Source: Longimicrobiales bacterium
GTDB lineage: Bacteria; Gemmatimonadota; Gemmatimonadetes; Longimicrobiales; Gaopeijiaceae
Assembly: GCA_965218295.1 (NCBI GenBank)
Contig: CBDCKN010000015.1
Span: 64,001-128,000, forward strand
Length of the DNA: 64,000 nt
Direction of reading: 5' to 3'
How positions within the stretch are numbered: the first letter of the stretch is position 1; the number at the start of each line of letters is the position of its first letter. This document shows positions 59,047 to 64,000 of this stretch, piece by piece. The notes beneath the pieces were generated by a model, which made no database searches, was not told the DNA's origin, and saw only the letters and a program-made list of their open reading frames with translations. The position numbers and the translations under genes are program-made.

Positions 59047-60197
59047 TCCTCCACAGCCAAGCCGATCTCCTCGAGTACCACCGGATCCGATTGTTCAGCA
59101 CGCGCGGACGAGAGAGCAGCGAGAGCGGCCGGAGTGCCCACGCACCCCAACGCCCACGCCGCATGTCCACGAACCAAGGGTGCCGGATCCGAGAGCCCGG
59201 CAACTAGCACCGGCACCGCCTCCTCCGCCCCCCAGTTCCCCAACGCCACGCAGACGTTGCGGAGCAACCCTGCCCTCCTCGCCCGCTTGATCGGCGATCC
59301 CCGGAACAGCTCACGGAAGCCCTCATCGTCGACCGCTAGCAACCGCTCCGCCAGCTCAACCAGCTCGGGCCCATCCAGCCCTTCCCTCGCCCGGTAGGCC
59401 GGCTCCGGCCCGACCTCCGCAAACTTCTCGTTCCACGGGCACACCTCCTGGCAGATGTCACACCCGTACACGCGGTTCCCCATGAGAGGCCGGAGCTCCA
59501 TGGGTATGGGTCCACGGTGCTCGATGGTCAGGTAGGAGATGCAGCGCCGGGCGTCCATGACGGGGGCACCGTCCGCGTCGCGACCAAGGAGCGCTCCGGT
59601 GGGGCAGGCGTCCAGACAGCTCCGGCACGTCCCGCAGTGGTCTTCCGTAAAGGGCTCGTCCGTCTCGAGCTCCAGATCGAGGAGCAGGATTCCCAGGAAG
59701 AAGTACGAGCCCCGCTTGGGATCGATGAGCATGGTGTTCTTCCCGAACCAGCCTAGCCCAGCCCGCGTCGCGAGCTCCCTTTCGAGGATCGGCCCCGTAT
59801 CCACGTACGCTCGACCCACGACGGGGCCCCCAGCCCGCGACTCGATCCACCGGTGGAGCTTCAGCAGCCGCTTCTTGATGACGTTGTGGTAATCCCGTCC
59901 CCGGGCGTAGCGGGCCACCACGGCCCTGGCGGGGTCGTCAGGCACGCCCGACGGATCCTCCTGGTAGTAGTCGTGACCTACCACCACCGCTGCCTTGAGG
60001 GACGGCAACGTCCGCTCGAGATCAGCGCGGCGAGCTACGGCATCCTCCCGGGACAGGTAGCCCATGTCGCCGTGGACTCCGTCCCCGATCCAAGCCCGGT
60101 ACAGGTCCATGTGCACGCTCGGCTCCACCGAGGCGACCCCCACGAGGTCGAAGCCCAGATCCCGGGCCTGCTCCTTGATCTCGGCGGCGAGCGTCAT
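59043..60197 (-). CDS. queG: Epoxyqueuosine reductase
   Basis: ARYARGRDYH, VDTGPILE, GKN, CGTCRSCLDACP, CISYLTIE, GCDICQEVCPWN, HEAT-repeat tail. Confidence 0.95.
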   Translation of the reverse strand: MTLAAEIKEQARDLGFDLVGVASVEPSVHMDLYRAWIGDGVHGDMGYLSREDAVARRADLERTLPSLKAAVVVGHDYYQEDPSGVPDDPARAVVARYARGRDYHNVIKKRLLKLHRWIESRAGGPVVGRAYVDTGPILERELATRAGLGWFGKNTMLIDPKRGSYFFLGILLLDLELETDEPFTEDHCGTCRSCLDACPTGALLGRDADGAPVMDARRCISYLTIEHRGPIPMELRPLMGNRVYGCDICQEVCPWNEKFAEVGPEPAYRAREGLDGPELVELAERLLAVDDEGFRELFRGSPIKRARRAGLLRNVCVALGNWGAEEAVPVLVAGLSDPAPLVRGHAAWALGCVGTPAALAALSSARAEQSDPVVLEEIGLAVED

Positions 60198-60261
60198 GGG
60201 CAGCGCTGCAGCGCTTCGAGACCCCTAATGCCGTACTCATGTCCGCACACACCAGCCGCCG

Positions 60262-61404
60262 TCACGTGCCGTACTCCCGGCCCTTCCACTCGATACGGCT
60301 TCCCCTGGCCCAGCTCCGTACGAAGATGTAGCCCGCCACGACGGCTCCCAGCGGATAGAGGAGTCCGTACCAGGGCGGGGCGCCGATCCACCACTTGGCG
60401 GCAGCCCAAAAGACGGCGCTGGCTCCCGTGACCCAGGCAGCCCAGACGCCCCATCCAGCCGGCGCGATCCCACCGGCACCGAGAACGGCCAGCACCGGCG
60501 GCATGATCCACAGAATCCCACCTGAGATCAGCGATAGCCACATTACCGGAGTCCTCGACCACGGCGGCACCGAGTGACGCGCCCCGGTGGCCAGGTTCTT
60601 GGACCAACCTTCGATCAGCTCGCCCAGCGATCGGTACATCCGGGTGGCGAACACGGTCGAGCCCTCCCGAACCGTGAGCTTCTTGCCAGAGCGGCACAGT
60701 AGCTGGGCTAGGCGTTGATCCTCAGTCACGTCGTTCTTCACCGCAGTGTGACCACCCAGCTCCTCGTACACCGGCCTGCGGAAAAGGATGTACTGGCCGT
60801 TGGCGATCGCCCCCCGCCAGCGCCTGGGTTCACAGGGCCGTCGCATGTTCGAGAAACGCAGGAACATCGACAGCATGACCTGGGGCTGCACCAGTCGCTC
60901 CCAGAGCGTCTCCATGAGCTGGCGCCCCATGACCGTGAGCGCATCGGCATGGTCCTCCTCCAACCCCGCCACGGCCATCCCCATCAGCGACGGGCCGTGA
61001 ACCGTGTCGGCATCGGTGAAGAGCAGCAGATCGCCCTGGGCCTCTTGTGCGCCTTGGGCGCACGCCCACGGCTTTCCGAACCACCCGTCGGGCAGCTCGG
61101 CCCCTTCTACGACGAAGACCCTCCGAGCCCGGTTGGGAGCGATGTTCCGCGCCACCTCGGCGGTGCCATCGTCACTCCGATCATCCACCACGACTACCTC
61201 GAAGGCGGGGTAGTCCGAGGCGCAGATGGACTCCACGCAGTCGCGCAGGCTGCGCTCTTCGTTCCGTGCCGGGACCACCACGCTCACCACGGGAACATCG
61301 CTCGTGACAGCGCCTGCCGCGGCAAGAGGACGTGGCGGGCGCACCCTGATGGCCAGGTATACGATCAGGGCAATCCAGGGTGCGGAAGCATACAAGAAGG
61401 GCAC
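60262..61404 (-). CDS. Glycosyltransferase family 2, membrane-bound (CrtQ/CruC-like)
   Basis: VPARNEE, DDRSDD, GWFGKPWAC, FTDADT, ANGQ, ED, EGWSKN, WKGR. Confidence 0.85.
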   Translation of the reverse strand: MPFLYASAPWIALIVYLAIRVRPPRPLAAAGAVTSDVPVVSVVVPARNEERSLRDCVESICASDYPAFEVVVVDDRSDDGTAEVARNIAPNRARRVFVVEGAELPDGWFGKPWACAQGAQEAQGDLLLFTDADTVHGPSLMGMAVAGLEEDHADALTVMGRQLMETLWERLVQPQVMLSMFLRFSNMRRPCEPRRWRGAIANGQYILFRRPVYEELGGHTAVKNDVTEDQRLAQLLCRSGKKLTVREGSTVFATRMYRSLGELIEGWSKNLATGARHSVPPWSRTPVMWLSLISGGILWIMPPVLAVLGAGGIAPAGWGVWAAWVTGASAVFWAAAKWWIGAPPWYGLLYPLGAVVAGYIFVRSWARGSRIEWKGREYGT

Positions 61405-61494
61405 GGGCGTTGATCCAGGATGCCGGAAGTGGTAGACCTATCCTTTCGTGCCCCGAGTCTCACAGCAAGAGCGGAAGGACCCCGAAGACAGCCC

Positions 61495-62622
61495 ATGGAC
61501 GTCACCAGCGTGCGAGCAGAGTTCCCGATCCTCCAGCGCAAGATCTATCTGAACTCATGCTCCTTGGGCGCTCTGTCCCTCCGTGCTATGGCGTATCTGG
61601 AGAGCTTCCAGGAGCTCTGGCACGAGCTCGGGGCCTCGGCCTGGTACGGCCCCTGGCGGGAGAAGCTCGAGGATCTGCGGAGCCGCGTGGCCCGCTTCCT
61701 GGGAGCCGCGCCGGAGCAGCTCGCCCTACTCCCCTCCACATCCGCCGCACTCTCCGTCATCGCTGAGAGCGTCGAGTACAGCCGGCGGAACCGCGTGGTC
61801 TGCACAGAGCTCGACTTCCCCACCCTGGCCTACCAGTGGGCCGTGAAGCCCGACGTGGAGCTCGTGGTCCTCCCCAGCCACGATGGAGTGCGGGTCGATC
61901 CGGAGCAGTTCGCCGAAGCCGTCGACGATCGCACCGCTTTCCTGGCGACCAGCCACGTGCTCTACACCACAGGCTACATCCAGGACCTGGATGCGCTGGC
62001 CGACATAGCGCACCGAGCGGGAGCGTTCTTCCTCGTCGACGGCTATCAGGGCCCCGGCCAGATCCCGGTGGATCTGGGTGCCGGCAAGGCCGACTTCTAC
62101 ACGTCAGGCTCCCTCAAATGGCTCTGCGGGGGCCCCGGCCTCTCCTACCTCTACGTCCGCGACGAGCTCGTCCGGCAGCTCCAGCCTCGCATCACCAGCT
62201 GGTTCGCGGCGAGAGACCAGTTCAACTTCGACCTCGAGAACTTCGAGCCCCACGACGACGCCCGCCGCTTCGAGCTGGGCACCCCCGCACTGCCGACGGT
62301 TCACACCGCCTTGGGCGGGCAGGAGATCATCGACGAGCTGGGGATCGAAACCATCCGGGATCAGAACCGCGCCCTGACCGAGCATCTTGTGGAGCGAGCC
62401 CAGGAGTCGGGCTTCCGGCTGACCATCGCTCCCGATCCGGCTGACCGCTCCGCCATCGTCATGATCCAGCATGAAGATCCGCCGGGGGCCGTGGAGTACC
62501 TTGCAGAGAGAGGGATCATCGTGGACCACCGTCCGGGTCACGTCCGTGTGAGTCCCCACTTCTACAACACGATCGACGAGATCGATCAGTGCGTCGAGAC
62601 TCTGACCGAATTCACGAGGTGA
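61495..62622 (+). CDS. PLP-dependent class V aminotransferase (kynureninase/cysteine-desulfurase-like)
   Basis: YLNSCSLG, VDGYQ, SLKWLCGGPG, RFELGTP, RVSPHFYN. Confidence 0.85.
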   Translation: MDVTSVRAEFPILQRKIYLNSCSLGALSLRAMAYLESFQELWHELGASAWYGPWREKLEDLRSRVARFLGAAPEQLALLPSTSAALSVIAESVEYSRRNRVVCTELDFPTLAYQWAVKPDVELVVLPSHDGVRVDPEQFAEAVDDRTAFLATSHVLYTTGYIQDLDALADIAHRAGAFFLVDGYQGPGQIPVDLGAGKADFYTSGSLKWLCGGPGLSYLYVRDELVRQLQPRITSWFAARDQFNFDLENFEPHDDARRFELGTPALPTVHTALGGQEIIDELGIETIRDQNRALTEHLVERAQESGFRLTIAPDPADRSAIVMIQHEDPPGAVEYLAERGIIVDHRPGHVRVSPHFYNTIDEIDQCVETLTEFTR

Positions 62623-62627
62623 CCGCC

Positions 62628-62807
62628 ATGTCCATCCTGATATCCACTCTGGCGGCTGGTCCTCGCCTCTCCGATGAAGCCGTGCGGCCCTTCCTGCCCG
62701 TACACGTCCTGGTAGTGATGGCGGCCATCTCAGTGGCCCTCGTGACGCCATACGTAGAAGACGGCCGCTGGCTCTGTATCCATGGTCACTACACGCTGGT
62801 GCCCTAG
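62628..62807 (+). CDS. Small hypothetical ORF or gene relic
   Basis: GAGGTG RBS, one hydrophobic segment, 59 aa. Confidence 0.3.
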   Translation: MSILISTLAAGPRLSDEAVRPFLPVHVLVVMAAISVALVTPYVEDGRWLCIHGHYTLVP

Positions 62808-63124
62808 TCCTCCTCTACCTTGCGGGCCCAACGGTCGTCGTCTCTGGCGTGGTACTTCTCCAGCACACGCTCGAACGCCTCCTCCAGGTCGATCCCCCGC
62901 TCGTTGGCCATGCACAGAACGACGAAAAGCACGTCGGCCAGCTCCTCAGCCAAATCTTGATCGTCCTCCTCGGGCTTCTTGGGCTTGCTGCCGAAGCGGT
63001 GGTTTACCAGACGGGCCAGCTCCCCCACCTCCTCCATGAGCCGCGCGAGGGTGGCCAGGGGCGGCCAGTAGCCCTCCTCGAACTGCGAGATCCACTCGTC
63101 GACCTGACGCTGAGCCTCCTTCAT
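62804..63124 (-). CDS. MazG-like nucleotide pyrophosphohydrolase (YpjD-like)
   Basis: LMEEVGELAR, EELADVLF, RDDDRW. Confidence 0.88.
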   Translation of the reverse strand: MKEAQRQVDEWISQFEEGYWPPLATLARLMEEVGELARLVNHRFGSKPKKPEEDDQDLAEELADVLFVVLCMANERGIDLEEAFERVLEKYHARDDDRWARKVEED

Positions 63125-63204
63125 GGGATCGGCACTAGTTCGGCGAACACGGACGTCCTCTCATACCACTGGAACCCGTATCCCGAGCTCGGCCTCATCC
63201 CTCA

Positions 63205-64000
63205 TCACGGCACCAGCACCAGCTTGCCGAACACCTCACCAGCCTCGAGGAGCTCGTGAGCCTTGCGGACCTCCTCCAAGGGCATGACGGCGTGGATCAC
63301 CGGCTCCAGGCGTCCCTCGAAGACGAGGCCCATCACGCGGCGGAACTCCTCCGGAGGTCCCATCGCGCTCCCCAGGATGGAGAGCTGCTTGAAGAAGATC
63401 AGGCGCACATCGCTGGCTACCTTGGGACCGGCTGTCCCACCGTAGGTGACCAGCCGGCCTCCGATCCCCAGGGAGCGCAGGCATCCCTGCCACACTGCCT
63501 CACCCACCGAATCCAGAACCAGATCGACGCCCCGCTTCTCGGTATCCCGCCACACCTCCTTGGAGAAGTCGACCTCGTGACGGTCGTAGACCACGTCCGC
63601 ACCGAGGGCCTCTACCCGCCCGACGTTGTCGGCACCGCTGGTCACTGCGTACACCCTGGCCCCCACGAGCTTGGCGATCTGGATGGCGGCCGTTGACACG
63701 CCACCCGACGCCCCCGTCACCAGGATCGACTCGCCAGGCTGGAGGCCACCCCTCTTCAAGAGCGCGTGCCAGGCCGTCACGAAGGTCAGTGCTGCTGCAG
63801 CGGCCCGCTCGAACGGCACGTCATCCGGAAGCTCCAGCAGATTGGCCGCCGGAACCACACAGAATTCCGCCAGGCCGCCCTGAGTGTGCTCCCCGAGCAC
63901 GCCGAAGGGGGGATCGGCGACCGAAGGTCCCCGGCCGAGGCCGCTGTACCAGTCGTAGTTGAGGGACGGGTCCACGACCACACGGGTCCCCACCGCCACC
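63205..64000 (-). CDS. MDR-family (zinc-binding dehydrogenase/quinone reductase-like) oxidoreductase, 5'-truncated by window
   Basis: TAWHAL, GASGGVS, GGRLVTYG, FGKLVL. Confidence 0.85.
   Translation of the reverse strand, partial: VAVGTRVVVDPSLNYDWYSGLGRGPSVADPPFGVLGEHTQGGLAEFCVVPAANLLELPDDVPFERAAAAALTFVTAWHALLKRGGLQPGESILVTGASGGVSTAAIQIAKLVGARVYAVTSGADNVGRVEALGADVVYDRHEVDFSKEVWRDTEKRGVDLVLDSVGEAVWQGCLRSLGIGGRLVTYGGTAGPKVASDVRLIFFKQLSILGSAMGPPEEFRRVMGLVFEGRLEPVIHAVMPLEEVRKAHELLEAGEVFGKLVLVP

Overview
GC-rich bacterial window with about 50 genes. No rRNA, tRNA or CRISPR array was seen. Gene content (DUF58/BatA/coiled-coil cluster, PadR-ADOP permease, DUF5916 proteins, BIG2 Ig lipoprotein, PEGA-domain Ser/Thr kinase) suggests Gemmatimonadota or Acidobacteriota; this taxonomy is an inference. 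Main blocks, left to right: the end of a MoxR/VWA-type cluster; hemH and hemY; a Tat-exported two-domain multicopper oxidase plus ZIP transporter behind tandem DtxR-like palindromes; an Ig lipoprotein beside an IS91 remnant; a damaged ettA; a pilin-like pair; a GltD-like/2-oxoacid:ferredoxin oxidoreductase operon; an APC-EIIA-TrkA_C fusion transporter; an 8-gene accessory type II fatty-acid/lipid operon (FabL-FabH-FabA-FabZ-FabF-ACP-PlsC-PPTase, followed by an FG-GAP protein); a PP2C/FHA/kinase module; two molybdo-hydroxylase systems; PadR-ADOP; queG, a GT2, a MazG-like gene and others. The accessory lipid operon is the best candidate for an undescribed system. The window also shows about nine frameshifts, several clean internal deletions (ettA, an iorB-like gene, a DUF2652-like gene) and collapsed gene relics. 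These indicate either ongoing genome erosion or assembly error. All calls come from motif recognition by eye; no searches were run.
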